Source: Zoogloea sp. (lineage in GTDB: Bacteria; Pseudomonadota; Gammaproteobacteria; Burkholderiales; Rhodocyclaceae). Taken from it: DNA of 64,000 bases. Made by a program: the position numbers and the translations under genes. The notes under the pieces are model-generated. The model was not told the origin of the DNA, did not search any database, and saw only the letters and a list, made by a program, of their open reading frames with translations. Positions 1-9,490 of this stretch are shown piece by piece. The stretch lies in NCBI RefSeq assembly GCF_017302315.1, contig NZ_JAFLDT010000005.1, positions 13,815-77,814 on the forward strand. The letters are read 5' to 3'. The first letter of the stretch is position 1. Each line of letters opens with the position of its first letter.

Positions 1-2
1 TT

Positions 3-503
3 CGCACGCTCCGAACGCTCCCCCACGATGATCCGCGACGGGTATAGGTTGTCGAACAAGGCCCGCCCTTCCCGCAGGAACTCCGGGGAGAAGACCAGAT
101 TTTGGCAACTAAGCTCGGATCGAACCTTGGCCGTATATCCCACGGGCACTGTGGACTTGACAACCATCAGCGCGTCTGGATTGATCGAAATCACATCGCG
201 CACAACGGCCTCGATGGACTTGGTGTTGAAATAGTTGCTTTCCGGATCATAGTCCGTCGGAGTGGCAATCACGACAACCGCCGCTCCGGTATAGGCGTCT
301 TCCTTGTCCAGCGTTGCCCTGAAATTTAGGGGCTTACTCGTCAAGTATTCCTCGATCTCTTTGTCATCAATGGGAGACATCTTCTTGTTAAGCATATCAA
401 CCTTGTCGGCGACGATATCTAGGGCGACAACCTCATTGTGCTGCGCTAACAGGATGGCATTGGACAAGCCAACGTACCCCGTGCCTGCGATTGCGATTTT
501 CAT
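3..503 (-). CDS. ugd: UDP-glucose 6-dehydrogenase, N-terminal part (runs off window start)
   Basis: Manual translation from ATG at 503: [16 protein letters not shown] (Rossmann motif), [25 protein letters not shown]. Absent from the ORF track because no stop lies in the window. Confidence 0.95.
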   Translation of the reverse strand, partial: MKIAIAGTGYVGLSNAILLAQHNEVVALDIVADKVDMLNKKMSPIDDKEIEEYLTSKPLNFRATLDKEDAYTGAAVVVIATPTDYDPESNYFNTKSIEAVVRDVISINPDALMVVKSTVPVGYTAKVRSELSCQNLVFSPEFLREGRALFDNLYPSRIIVGERSERA

Positions 504-544
504 AATGAACCTGCAATTGATATATAGAAACTGGCACAAACCCA

Positions 545-612
545 TGGGACCGGCTTTAGCGGCCCACACAGGAGCTTCATTCAAAATCCGTGGACGGCTG
601 AAGCCACCCTAC
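545..612. repeat. Degenerate REP-like doublet
   Basis: ccgtggacggctgaagccaccctaca resembles the intact REP ccgtgggcgactgaagtcgcccctaca found elsewhere in the window. It is preceded by the imperfect palindrome gggaccggctttagcggccc. Confidence 0.5.
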
Positions 613-615
613 ACA

Positions 616-1709
616 TAGCAACGCGTTGAAAAGTCCTTGCCCTCGCGGCTTTTCACTTGCCAAAATGATCACTCATTCCCCAACAAAAGCCTCACACTAG
701 CTGACCTGCCTATTTTATGCACTTAGTCTGCTGCCGCCCACACGTCAATGGCAGGCCCATTGCGCCGCCCCTCAACGCTCCATATCTGCTCTACTTGGCC
801 GGCGGGGACTACATTCCCCTGCTCAAGAGGGACTGAGCCAGCAAATTGCCACGCCGAACCGGTTGGCAAACTTCAGTAGTACCTCGCCCCAAATACGATC
901 CAACCTGCGCAGCATGCTGCGTGCGTGCCATGCACATCGACGATCAGGCCGTGGCGGTTCTCTCTGAGCGTATGAATAATGTCGCTCAGATGGGCAAAGC
1001 CCGTGTTCTTGGTGGCCAGGAGGGGATCCGGATAGGTGCGAGAGACGTGGGTCTTTTTCGTGCGCTTCTTGCCGCGGAAATCCACCTCTGGGGTGCGCTC
1101 CTGGTCCGGGACTGGCACCTTCATCCGAGCCATCCCGCGCAGCCAGGCCCCTGTGCGAGGCCCGTGCCCGCAAGAGCGAGCCGTCCACACTAAAGTGTCC
1201 ATCTGAAGCCAGCTCAGCCCATTCGGCGGCGCTCACGAGGCCGCCAAAGAACTCCTGCATGGCACTCTCATCGAGCAACCGATCGCGGATGGCCAAAAAG
1301 CTCGAGTAGTCCCACACCGGTTCGTCCATTAGCAAGCCGACGAAGCAGCGGAACAGCATGTTGAAATCGAGGTGCTTGATGAGTCGCCGCTCGGAGCGAA
1401 TGGAGAACAGGTATTCCAACAGCAGGACGCGAAGAAGGCGCTCAGGCGCAATCGACGGGCGTCCGCCTTCGGCAAATAGGGAATCGAAGGTCGGCGACAT
1501 CGAATGTGAACCCATATCAGCCGGGAGTTTAATGATCAGCAACGGACTATTCGCCGCAATCCGGTCTTCGATGTTAGTACAGCCGAACAAGCTGCTCTGT
1601 TTATGGACGTGGCTGCGCATGAAAATTAAATGTCATTAATACACTGCATGTCACAAATCTGCGAAAAACCTTGCGGACACCGGGGACTGATTAAATCAAC
1701 ACCCTGCCA
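616..1709 (-). mobile_element. Degenerate IS5-family (IS5/IS1182-like) insertion sequence with imperfect terminal inverted repeats
   Basis: Ends tagcaacgcgttgaaaagtcc (616-636) and gactgattaaatcaacaccctgcca (1685-1709) are imperfect inverted repeats around a broken transposase. Confidence 0.7.
823..1620 (-). pseudogene. Frameshifted, truncated DDE transposase (IS5 family)
   Basis: GGRPSIAPERLLRVLLLEYLFSIRSERRL...FRCFVGL...HFSVDGSLL lies in one frame. The expected continuation (FRGKKRTKKTHVSRTYPDP...ENRHGLIVD) lies in another frame (ORF 873..1202). Confidence 0.85.
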
Positions 1710-1712
1710 AAC

Positions 1713-3002
1713 TTAACTGCGCCGAATACGGAATCTCTTCCGAGCACCACCCTCTGCCAGAAAGCCATAGACCGCAACAACGCAAAGCAATAGAAGGCCA
1801 TGATGCAAGAGCGTTGTAAAAAGAGCGCTCGTATTAAGCTGATAAACATAGATGAACAAAAAGCCAAAATACTTGCTAGATATCGGCCGAGTAGCAAGAA
1901 ATGAAAGAACAAAAGCCAAAACCGCAGATTGAAAAGCGGCCCCAAACCAGCCCAGATTAGCATACCCATCCGAAGCAAATCCATTATTGGCCGAAATAAT
2001 CTCAGACCCAAAATACTCCAAACCGACCACATAAGGCGGGGTATCGTAATATCGATTCTCTACAATTCCGCTCAAAAAACTATGGGCATAATAGGCGGGA
2101 ACCTCGGCATAGACTCGGAAATAATACTCGTTCAATATAGCCGGCAATACCAACATTCGTCTAATAAAAAGAGACTGAACAACGTCAAACTCAAAAAACA
2201 AGAAAATAGCCATAGAAACAGCCACCATCAGAACAGCACCGTACAAAAACAACAAGCTCTTCTTTCTAAAACCCGCCTCTCCAGAAAACGCCAAGAGAAG
2301 AACAACGGAAAAAATAACCGACTTATGAGCACTGGTTGCGAAAAGGTACAACATACCTAGCAACCCCAAGAACACCAGCAAATAATTACGGCGAAGCATT
2401 CCCCACACAATGGTCAGAGGCAGTATTAGCTTAGTCGACCAGCTGTAAAAATAACGCCCAAACTGACTACGCTCCTCCCTAGCCGCCTCTCTAACCTCAT
2501 ATACATCCTCAAGTGCAAATACATTCAAATTCAAAGAAAATCCATGCACAGAAATGAAATAAAAAAGAGACAACAGCGACAGCACAACCAATATCTTGAC
2601 TCGCCCCTTCTCAGAAAGAACAGGCATTTTTACTCTTACATCAAAGAAATTAGCCAAAAAAACAAGCAACAGAGAAAATATAAAATATACAAACAGAAAA
2701 CCGAAATTCAAACCAGTAGATGCATAGAACGCAGCGTTAGGAACAATCATCAACACCATGAACATATGCAAAATACACTCAACGGGACTATCAGCTTTAG
2801 CAGCGGTCAAAATAAAAGCAGACTGAACTGAAAGCACCAAGGCTGCGAAGATGATTCTAAAGAGCGAAAATGAGTTTTCTATATAAGGATAGGGGTAATA
2901 TTTATCCAAGAAAAACAACAAAAAAATTAGCAATAGCGAAAAATAAGCAGCATATCCAACAAAGAAAAACTTTTGACCCGCACTAGCTTTCATTAACTGC
3001 AC
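1713..3002 (-). CDS. wzy: Putative Wzy polysaccharide polymerase (polytopic membrane protein)
   Basis: 429 aa with many hydrophobic segments and larger periplasmic-type loops, located in a wzx/wzc/wza cluster. The assignment is by topology and context. Confidence 0.7.
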   Translation of the reverse strand: MQLMKASAGQKFFFVGYAAYFSLLLIFLLFFLDKYYPYPYIENSFSLFRIIFAALVLSVQSAFILTAAKADSPVECILHMFMVLMIVPNAAFYASTGLNFGFLFVYFIFSLLLVFLANFFDVRVKMPVLSEKGRVKILVVLSLLSLFYFISVHGFSLNLNVFALEDVYEVREAAREERSQFGRYFYSWSTKLILPLTIVWGMLRRNYLLVFLGLLGMLYLFATSAHKSVIFSVVLLLAFSGEAGFRKKSLLFLYGAVLMVAVSMAIFLFFEFDVVQSLFIRRMLVLPAILNEYYFRVYAEVPAYYAHSFLSGIVENRYYDTPPYVVGLEYFGSEIISANNGFASDGYANLGWFGAAFQSAVLAFVLSFLATRPISSKYFGFLFIYVYQLNTSALFTTLLHHGLLLLCVVAVYGFLAEGGARKRFRIRRS

Positions 3003-4335
3003 TCCTAGCCGAATCCAAAGTCATTTTTTTTTGAAGCAGATTTTTTATGGCAAGAAAATCAGTTTTCTCAAAAAACTTCGGCGCATCCCCGCCGGAAGAC
3101 CGCGGCAGAAGATCATCACCGGTCTCCAATAAATTACAATTAATAACATTACTAGGGAGTCTTTCAACGCCTGCCACCGGAAGTACGTTCACCAGAAGTC
3201 CTTTAGCCGCAAGCTCGATTACTAGCGTCGAATAGCCCCCAACGATAAAAGCACACCGGGAGACTAAATCATTCAAAAGGGACTCTCGATGCACTACGAC
3301 TCTACTCCCCATTCCCTCATATTGATTACCTTTATCCTCTGCAGGATGCAGCTTGACCTCAAAAATATAGTCTGAAGAACGCAAAGCCTCTTCTATGAAG
3401 GCCCTAATAGAGCCTGAAATGGACCTCTGTGAAATAACCAAGACGTGCTTAAAACCATCAGGACACTTTGCGGGAGGAACCTGGTTTTGAATATATTCCT
3501 TCCAAGCTGGATGCCCTACAACAAACGTCATGCACCGCCACGGAAGCTGCGGCGCCCAATCCGTTCCAAAAAAGCCGAACCAGTCTGGCCTACAAAGCGA
3601 GCTCTTAAAGTCACAGTACCCAATATGATTGGGAGAGATGAGTCCATGCTGAAGTTCAACTACAATTACGCCCAAGTCCTTTGCAGCAGCACAAAGCGCA
3701 GCATTGCAGTAGCTAACGGTCATCACAAGAAAAGTCGGCCCCTGCTTCTTAAGCAGATAACGGTATAAATAGTAGGCAATCCAAGCCTCACCAAACCTAA
3801 GCACCAACGTCTTATATGCCTTCCAATTCAAATAGGCTGAGCCCAAGAAAAAGACAGGAACCAGGACGACACCAAACAATGGCGCGACAACTATGGAAGC
3901 GACTTTTGAAACAAATTTCACGGCATCGATTGACTGAAATTCCAAATTCCCGAATCTGCCATTTTGATCCTCGCACCGAGAATCACCCCAAAAAGCGAAC
4001 TCTGCCCTATCTCGCCCAGTTGCCTGAATGAACATATCAAGATAAGGATCGACTCCATTTCTAGCTCTCTCATGCACGAGAAACAAAATCTCTACATTTC
4101 CAGTACTAGAAAAAAGAACTTTGAATGATCTCAGTGCAGCAACGGCTCGCGTCACTACATCAGACCTCGTAGGAGTGTATGGAACATCCAACTCCGTGCG
4201 CTGACTAAAGATCAACGTAAATAGGTAGAACCGCGCAGATTCCCAACACCTTAAGAACCAAGCTCGGCCACTCGCACGCAGAGTAACAGCCTGATCGAAA
4301 TCGCAAAGTGCTCGCAAAAGATCAACGTTCTTCAT
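2983..4335 (-). CDS. Putative GT-B glycosyltransferase, candidate nonulosonic-acid (sialyl-type) transferase
   Basis: Soluble 450 aa protein with VVELQHGLI, EVKLHPAE (HP motif) and GGYST motifs, in a cluster carrying neuA/neuB-type genes. Confidence 0.55.
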   Translation of the reverse strand: MKNVDLLRALCDFDQAVTLRASGRAWFLRCWESARFYLFTLIFSQRTELDVPYTPTRSDVVTRAVAALRSFKVLFSSTGNVEILFLVHERARNGVDPYLDMFIQATGRDRAEFAFWGDSRCEDQNGRFGNLEFQSIDAVKFVSKVASIVVAPLFGVVLVPVFFLGSAYLNWKAYKTLVLRFGEAWIAYYLYRYLLKKQGPTFLVMTVSYCNAALCAAAKDLGVIVVELQHGLISPNHIGYCDFKSSLCRPDWFGFFGTDWAPQLPWRCMTFVVGHPAWKEYIQNQVPPAKCPDGFKHVLVISQRSISGSIRAFIEEALRSSDYIFEVKLHPAEDKGNQYEGMGSRVVVHRESLLNDLVSRCAFIVGGYSTLVIELAAKGLLVNVLPVAGVERLPSNVINCNLLETGDDLLPRSSGGDAPKFFEKTDFLAIKNLLQKKMTLDSARSAVNES

Positions 4336-4377
4336 AGAACAGTCTCGATAAGACGATAATCAATCACGAGTGAAATA

Positions 4378-5616
4378 CTATTTGAAATCATAATTCTTAT
4401 TCCAATAGTTATAAACGCGAATTGCGATATACAGAAAGGAAAGAACTGTACTAATCGCCGCACCTAGCCCCTCCAACGAAGGAAGCAAGACAAAATTCAA
4501 GGCCAGTTTAACTAGCGCGCCCTCAGTCATAGCTGTGGCGAATTTCGCAAAACGTCCGACGAGCATCAGTCTAGGCAAAAAAAACTTGATAATTCCATTT
4601 ATGGAATATCCAAACCCGATCAACAAAACCAAATCGACACGAGGGCTGTAATCCTGTGTCAAAAAATACGACGAAAGCAGACAAAGAGATGCCGAAACAA
4701 GAAACCCAACAATAATGAGAAGCCCACCAATCCTCTTCAAGGATCTAATCTCATACTTCTTTATATCCGAATCCGTCTCACTTGAGTACCTACGCATGAC
4801 ATCAGGGGCATAGCTCTTGTGATAAGAATCCTGGATCAGGGAAACTGATTGACCCAGCAGCAAAGCCGCCGCGTATGCACCGACGACCTGTGGCTCAAAG
4901 AAAAATGATAGAGCAACCCGGTCAGAGAAATTAATGATTGACGTTGAGAAAGAGTGCAACAAGTAAGTGCGCGACTCAAAAAAACGCCTCCACACACCTC
5001 CTGGCCATTTGAATGAAACACCTAGCCCGACCAAAAAACTGACCGTGTAAGCAGCAGAGATCACTTGAAATAAGATATAAATCTTAACAATATAAGAAAA
5101 CTCAGCGGACGCGCCCCACGGCAAATATTTACCAAACAAAAACGCGGCCAAGACGCCAAAAAAAGTCCCCACAGAAGCAATATTGGCCGCGAAGAAGTAT
5201 GTAAATGGCTTTTCTATATTCTTAAGAACCTGAAGCCCCAAGAAAACGATAGAACTAAATAACGAATAAACTACTGCGTATGAAAAAACGTCTGAAAAAA
5301 TAGCCAAGCCAAATTGGTCAGCCAGTATCAGAACAACGATCAAAATGGCATGAGCCACAAGAACAAGCCAAAAAATCTGCCCAATCTCTTCTGCGGAGGC
5401 CTTAACCCCCCTCGAGGGTATTGATCTATCCAATCCCATAAAGGCATTTCCTGAGAGAAGAGGCATCAAAATTCCGGCCCAGGCAATGACCAATAAAATC
5501 CGACCATAGTCGGCAAGATCTACGTACTTTGAAAACACATAAAGACTGAGCAATGGAACGCCTTTCGCCGTTCCATTAGAAAGCAAATAAAGAAAAAACC
5601 TATAGCCTCTGCTCAT
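4378..5616 (-). CDS. wzx: Wzx flippase (oligosaccharide translocase)
   Basis: 412 aa, about 12 hydrophobic segments, DYG near the N-terminus, NFSDRVAL...VGAYAAA and LEGLGAAIST motifs of the PST family. Confidence 0.85.
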   Translation of the reverse strand: MSRGYRFFLYLLSNGTAKGVPLLSLYVFSKYVDLADYGRILLVIAWAGILMPLLSGNAFMGLDRSIPSRGVKASAEEIGQIFWLVLVAHAILIVVLILADQFGLAIFSDVFSYAVVYSLFSSIVFLGLQVLKNIEKPFTYFFAANIASVGTFFGVLAAFLFGKYLPWGASAEFSYIVKIYILFQVISAAYTVSFLVGLGVSFKWPGGVWRRFFESRTYLLHSFSTSIINFSDRVALSFFFEPQVVGAYAAALLLGQSVSLIQDSYHKSYAPDVMRRYSSETDSDIKKYEIRSLKRIGGLLIIVGFLVSASLCLLSSYFLTQDYSPRVDLVLLIGFGYSINGIIKFFLPRLMLVGRFAKFATAMTEGALVKLALNFVLLPSLEGLGAAISTVLSFLYIAIRVYNYWNKNYDFK

Positions 5617-5625
5617 CTCATTTCG

Positions 5626-6642
5626 CTATCTTGTATGTTCAAGGAACATTTTTTTTCTCAATACAAACGCATCAAAAAAACCAACCAAAGTCCCTAGTGC
5701 ATGAGACAAATGCTGGGAAAAGACGTAAAGGGGGATGCGACTCGCAAGTAGAGCATTTCTTTCCTTGAAATAGAAATCTTTAGCTACAACTCCAGAAAAT
5801 GCAGAATACCCAAGCAAGAGTCCCCCACTAAGCGTTGGCATGACAGGCAAGCACAAGACCGAGCTTAAAAAGAATATCAAAGGCACTAATGATCGAAAAT
5901 TCAAAGAACGACGGTGTTTCCTTATGATAAAAGGCTTTGCATACGCATATTGAAACATCATCTTGCAAAACTTAATATAAGAACTCCTCGTGTAATATTT
6001 GAATGAACGATCAGTGTCCACAATAACCTTGTAGCCTTTCTCTCGAAGGCGGAGATTGTGTTCATAGTCCTGTCCACGAATAAAATCGGTATCAAAAAGG
6101 CCTACGTCGTCAAAAACCCTTTTACGCCAAGCGCCAAATAGCAACGTATCAGCTTCGACAAGCCCCTTCCCGCGAATTGACCTGTGGCTGTTTCCAACTC
6201 CATACTTAGATGAAAGCAGATACGCTATCAAAATACTTTGATCAGAGCCATCAGGAGCTGTTGTGTCTGCCTTAATGCCCACGTTGCCCAAATCGGCAGG
6301 CAACTCGTCCAGCAATGCGCTCAGAGTTCTAAAATAATCTGATGGGTATTCGGCATGGGCATCACATCTTATAATGTTTTGCCCTTTAGCCTGCTCAATC
6401 CCAACATTTAGCGCGAAGACCTGAAATTTATTCGGATTATCAACCAACCGAAGATGCGGGTATTTAACACAATACTCGCTGACAATCTCCCGAGTTCCGT
6501 CCGTACTACCTCCATCCAAAAGGAGAATCTCCATATCAGAGTACGGATAGTTATTCGCACAAAGACTCTCAAGGAGCTTAACTATATAGCGCTTCTCATT
6601 ATAAATAGGCACAATAACAGAGAGCTTAATAGTATTTGTCAT
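5626..6642 (-). CDS. Glycosyltransferase family 2 (ExoA-like)
   Basis: SVIVPIYNE, LDGGSTDGT, IRCDAH (DxD-like), GQDYEHNLRL, C-terminal membrane segment. Confidence 0.9.
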   Translation of the reverse strand: MTNTIKLSVIVPIYNEKRYIVKLLESLCANNYPYSDMEILLLDGGSTDGTREIVSEYCVKYPHLRLVDNPNKFQVFALNVGIEQAKGQNIIRCDAHAEYPSDYFRTLSALLDELPADLGNVGIKADTTAPDGSDQSILIAYLLSSKYGVGNSHRSIRGKGLVEADTLLFGAWRKRVFDDVGLFDTDFIRGQDYEHNLRLREKGYKVIVDTDRSFKYYTRSSYIKFCKMMFQYAYAKPFIIRKHRRSLNFRSLVPLIFFLSSVLCLPVMPTLSGGLLLGYSAFSGVVAKDFYFKERNALLASRIPLYVFSQHLSHALGTLVGFFDAFVLRKKMFLEHTR

Positions 6643-6666
6643 AAACCATTTAGTTATTTTGAGGCA

Positions 6667-7182
6667 TTACGATCTCAGAATGCTGTAATAGTGACCAGCA
6701 TCACGTTCCTTAAACTTCCTGGCCGGGGAGCCTCCCACAATTGCAAGCGGCTCAACATCTTTTGTCACAACGGCACCTGCTTGAACGATAGCACTATCAC
6801 CTATTGTCACACCGCCAAGAATAATGACTCTGGAACCGAGCCAAACATTGTCACCAATCAATACGTTTCGTACGAGATATCCCTTCCCATATGGCAGTGC
6901 ATCTCCGTGATCATAGTCATGAACATCAGTTATAATTAAACACTCTTTACCTGAGTGAAAATTATTACCAATTCTCACGACACCACGCCCCTCAATCTCA
7001 ATCCCATTAAAGTGACAGTTTCTCCCAAGGAACGTCTTTTTGGTTAGCTTGCACTTTCCGTTTATTTTCGAAAATTTCCCGAAATTTTTATGAAATTGCA
7101 AGTTATATACATTCCAAGGTAGCGCGGCGAGTTGCTCCAATTTTCTTTTGAGGTAGTCCATGAGACAAAGCTCGTAATTCAT
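6667..7182 (-). CDS. Hexapeptide-repeat (LbH) O-acyltransferase
   Basis: IGDNVWLGSRVIILGGVTIGDSAIVQAGAVVTKDV. The start is uncertain (7182 or 7161; ORF open to 7221). Confidence 0.85.
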   Translation of the reverse strand: MNYELCLMDYLKRKLEQLAALPWNVYNLQFHKNFGKFSKINGKCKLTKKTFLGRNCHFNGIEIEGRGVVRIGNNFHSGKECLIITDVHDYDHGDALPYGKGYLVRNVLIGDNVWLGSRVIILGGVTIGDSAIVQAGAVVTKDVEPLAIVGGSPARKFKERDAGHYYSILRS

Positions 7183-7242
7183 ATCCGCACTATAAGTCGC
7201 CCATGATCTTGGGCGACTCACAGCACTTCCGCCAAACTCAAA

Positions 7243-9489
7243 TCAGAGCTTAAATCGCTCAAGAAAATCCAACGCGTTCCAAAATCCTTCGCCGCTATTT
7301 TTATGCCCTTGCCAGACCTCTGGAATAAACTGAACGCCACTAGCGCAGCCGCTCAGATCTGATGCAAGTTGGGTGAAGTCCACATCGCCCTGGCCTATCT
7401 GAACACCTTCGCCGTCTACGCCCAAAGCATCAACAATGTGCATGTGCGCGATATACTTTCCTACCTTAAGCGTGAAATCATGAAGATCCCAATGGTAATA
7501 ATTGCATGCCATCATTGAATGCGATACGTCATAGCAAATTCTGAAATTATATCTTTCGCAGAACTCTGCAATTTCGTTCGGGTCAATAAACAAATTATGG
7601 TAACTTTGTCCGCCAAAGTGCCAAGGAAATGGGGGCATTGTCTGTATTATTATCTCAACACCGTCCTGATTTACTTCCTTGAGCGCTGCAGCGACTCTTT
7701 CATACATCTGAGGGCGTTGATCTTTTGGAAGAAAGCCGGTGGAGTTAAATCCGCCTGCATTCACAACAATAACAGGGCACTCAGTTCTCGGAAAATGCGC
7801 TTTGAGACTCCGCGTCACGTCACAAACTTTATTTAGCTCGCGAATTGACCTATCAAGATATTCATCGTCAGTCGACGCAAGATCAAGAATGTGATCGCCG
7901 GCAAAAAGTTCCGGCGAGTGAACCGCAAAACCGATTGGCTGAACACCCGTAAAGAAGTCTTCCAACTTCAAGTCCATATCCTGATAGCTCAGGTGAAACT
8001 CTACAAAATCCAGGTTTGACAGCGGCGCAAGCTTCCCGTAGTCGTGATATCTAACGGGAATTCCAAACGGGCGACTAAACACATAAGCTCTAGCGTCAAC
8101 AGAGTCTGCTTTCAGATCCGACTCGTAGAAATACTCTCCGGCCCGAAAATCACGTTTCGTTCTCAGCCCAACCAACTGATCCAAATACATCGGCTGCAGC
8201 CCTTGGCCAGGGCTCTTTACTAAGACCATATCGCGCGTGATGACGGTTCCAGATGGTGCATCACATGCAATTACCAAGCTCTTTGCCAGCGTCTCTCGAT
8301 TAATCATTTCACCTTGAGTGAGAGATCTTTCACGAGCGCCCCCCATTGCCTCCTCTACCTCACGAATCTGCCGCACCATATCTGCAAACTCATCTGGCAA
8401 CAATGATACCTTATGATCGTTACCCTCCATTCCCTTATCGACCGTGAAATGCTTTTCGATTACTTTAGCGCCTAATGCAACGGCAGCCACTGGAACGGAA
8501 ATGCCCCTCTCATGTCCGGAATATCCGACTACTCCGCCAGCGATCTCCTGCAGGCGCTTTATATAAGCAAGATTCACATCTTTGAAAGGTGTTGGATATG
8601 TGGAATTACAGTGAAGCAGGACAAAATCGGCCCCTCTTGATCTGAGAAAAGCAACAGAGGCCTTTATCTCACTCTCTGTACACATGCCGGTTGAGCAGAT
8701 CAATGGCTTCCCTGTTGCGGCTAGGGCATCAAGTAACTCGTGGTTAGTAAAGTCGGCCGACGCAACCTTATAGGCCTCCATGCCATATTCTTCCAGTGCT
8801 CGAAGACTGTTCAGATCCCATGGAGTGCACAAGGGAGTGAGTCCCTTTTCCTTGCAGTGATCAAATACTTCAAATAGCTCATCGTTTGAGAGCTGGAACT
8901 TATTCAGCAGATCAATGGTGTATTGAGCGCCAAGATCAGCAGAGCTATCCTTACCTCCACCGCCCTTGTATAGGCTCCCCAAATCACGCATTTGGAACTT
9001 GACACAATCTGCGCCTGCCTCAACAGCCAAGTCCACAAGCCGCTTGGCAAGCGTGATATCACCATTATGATTGTTTCCTATCTCGGCAATCAGGTAAGCA
9101 GGCCCCTCTGCTTCAATTACGTTCCCGCCTATAGCAAACCCTTTTTGGGTCTTAAATGCAATTGCAACTAAACGCTGGGAACTATCTAGCAAAGGAACTG
9201 CGTCAACAGCTGTCCCAAACATCGCCTCAATCTCAATTCGCTGAGATGAGACAGGAGCGGAACGTACGCCCTTATTCATAATCTCGGCAACACTCACACC
9301 AAGATCAAAATCACTTGTTGAGGTCAGCCAGCGCCGAAAATCTCCGTCCGAGACTGCACCTTGAAGACATCCACTTTCGTCAACAACAAAGACAATTCTT
9401 TTCTTATTGTTATTGATCTTCTCAAGCGCCTTGATTATTGACTCAGTATCAAAAACCAGAAAATCAACCAACTTTTTCACAACAATCAT
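7243..9489 (-). CDS. neuB: N-acetylneuraminate-synthase-family protein, long form (CBS pair - NeuB - SAF - xylose-isomerase-like TIM barrel)
   Basis: N-terminal CBS (GAVSDGDFRR), NeuB core (IAEIGNNHNGD, ADCVKFQ, LHCNSTYP, GYSGHE, IEKHFT), SAF (KSPGQGL), and a C-terminal TIM barrel (VEFHLS, ICYDVSH, HMHIVDA, IPEVWQGH). 748 aa. Confidence 0.9.
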   Translation of the reverse strand: MIVVKKLVDFLVFDTESIIKALEKINNNKKRIVFVVDESGCLQGAVSDGDFRRWLTSTSDFDLGVSVAEIMNKGVRSAPVSSQRIEIEAMFGTAVDAVPLLDSSQRLVAIAFKTQKGFAIGGNVIEAEGPAYLIAEIGNNHNGDITLAKRLVDLAVEAGADCVKFQMRDLGSLYKGGGGKDSSADLGAQYTIDLLNKFQLSNDELFEVFDHCKEKGLTPLCTPWDLNSLRALEEYGMEAYKVASADFTNHELLDALAATGKPLICSTGMCTESEIKASVAFLRSRGADFVLLHCNSTYPTPFKDVNLAYIKRLQEIAGGVVGYSGHERGISVPVAAVALGAKVIEKHFTVDKGMEGNDHKVSLLPDEFADMVRQIREVEEAMGGARERSLTQGEMINRETLAKSLVIACDAPSGTVITRDMVLVKSPGQGLQPMYLDQLVGLRTKRDFRAGEYFYESDLKADSVDARAYVFSRPFGIPVRYHDYGKLAPLSNLDFVEFHLSYQDMDLKLEDFFTGVQPIGFAVHSPELFAGDHILDLASTDDEYLDRSIRELNKVCDVTRSLKAHFPRTECPVIVVNAGGFNSTGFLPKDQRPQMYERVAAALKEVNQDGVEIIIQTMPPFPWHFGGQSYHNLFIDPNEIAEFCERYNFRICYDVSHSMMACNYYHWDLHDFTLKVGKYIAHMHIVDALGVDGEGVQIGQGDVDFTQLASDLSGCASGVQFIPEVWQGHKNSGEGFWNALDFLERFKL

Positions 9490-9490
9490 T

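Noticed and set aside
3024-5656. A/T runs of 8-9 nt in the GT and wzx genes as phase-variation tracts
   Set aside because: Such runs are expected in AT-rich DNA and all frames are intact.
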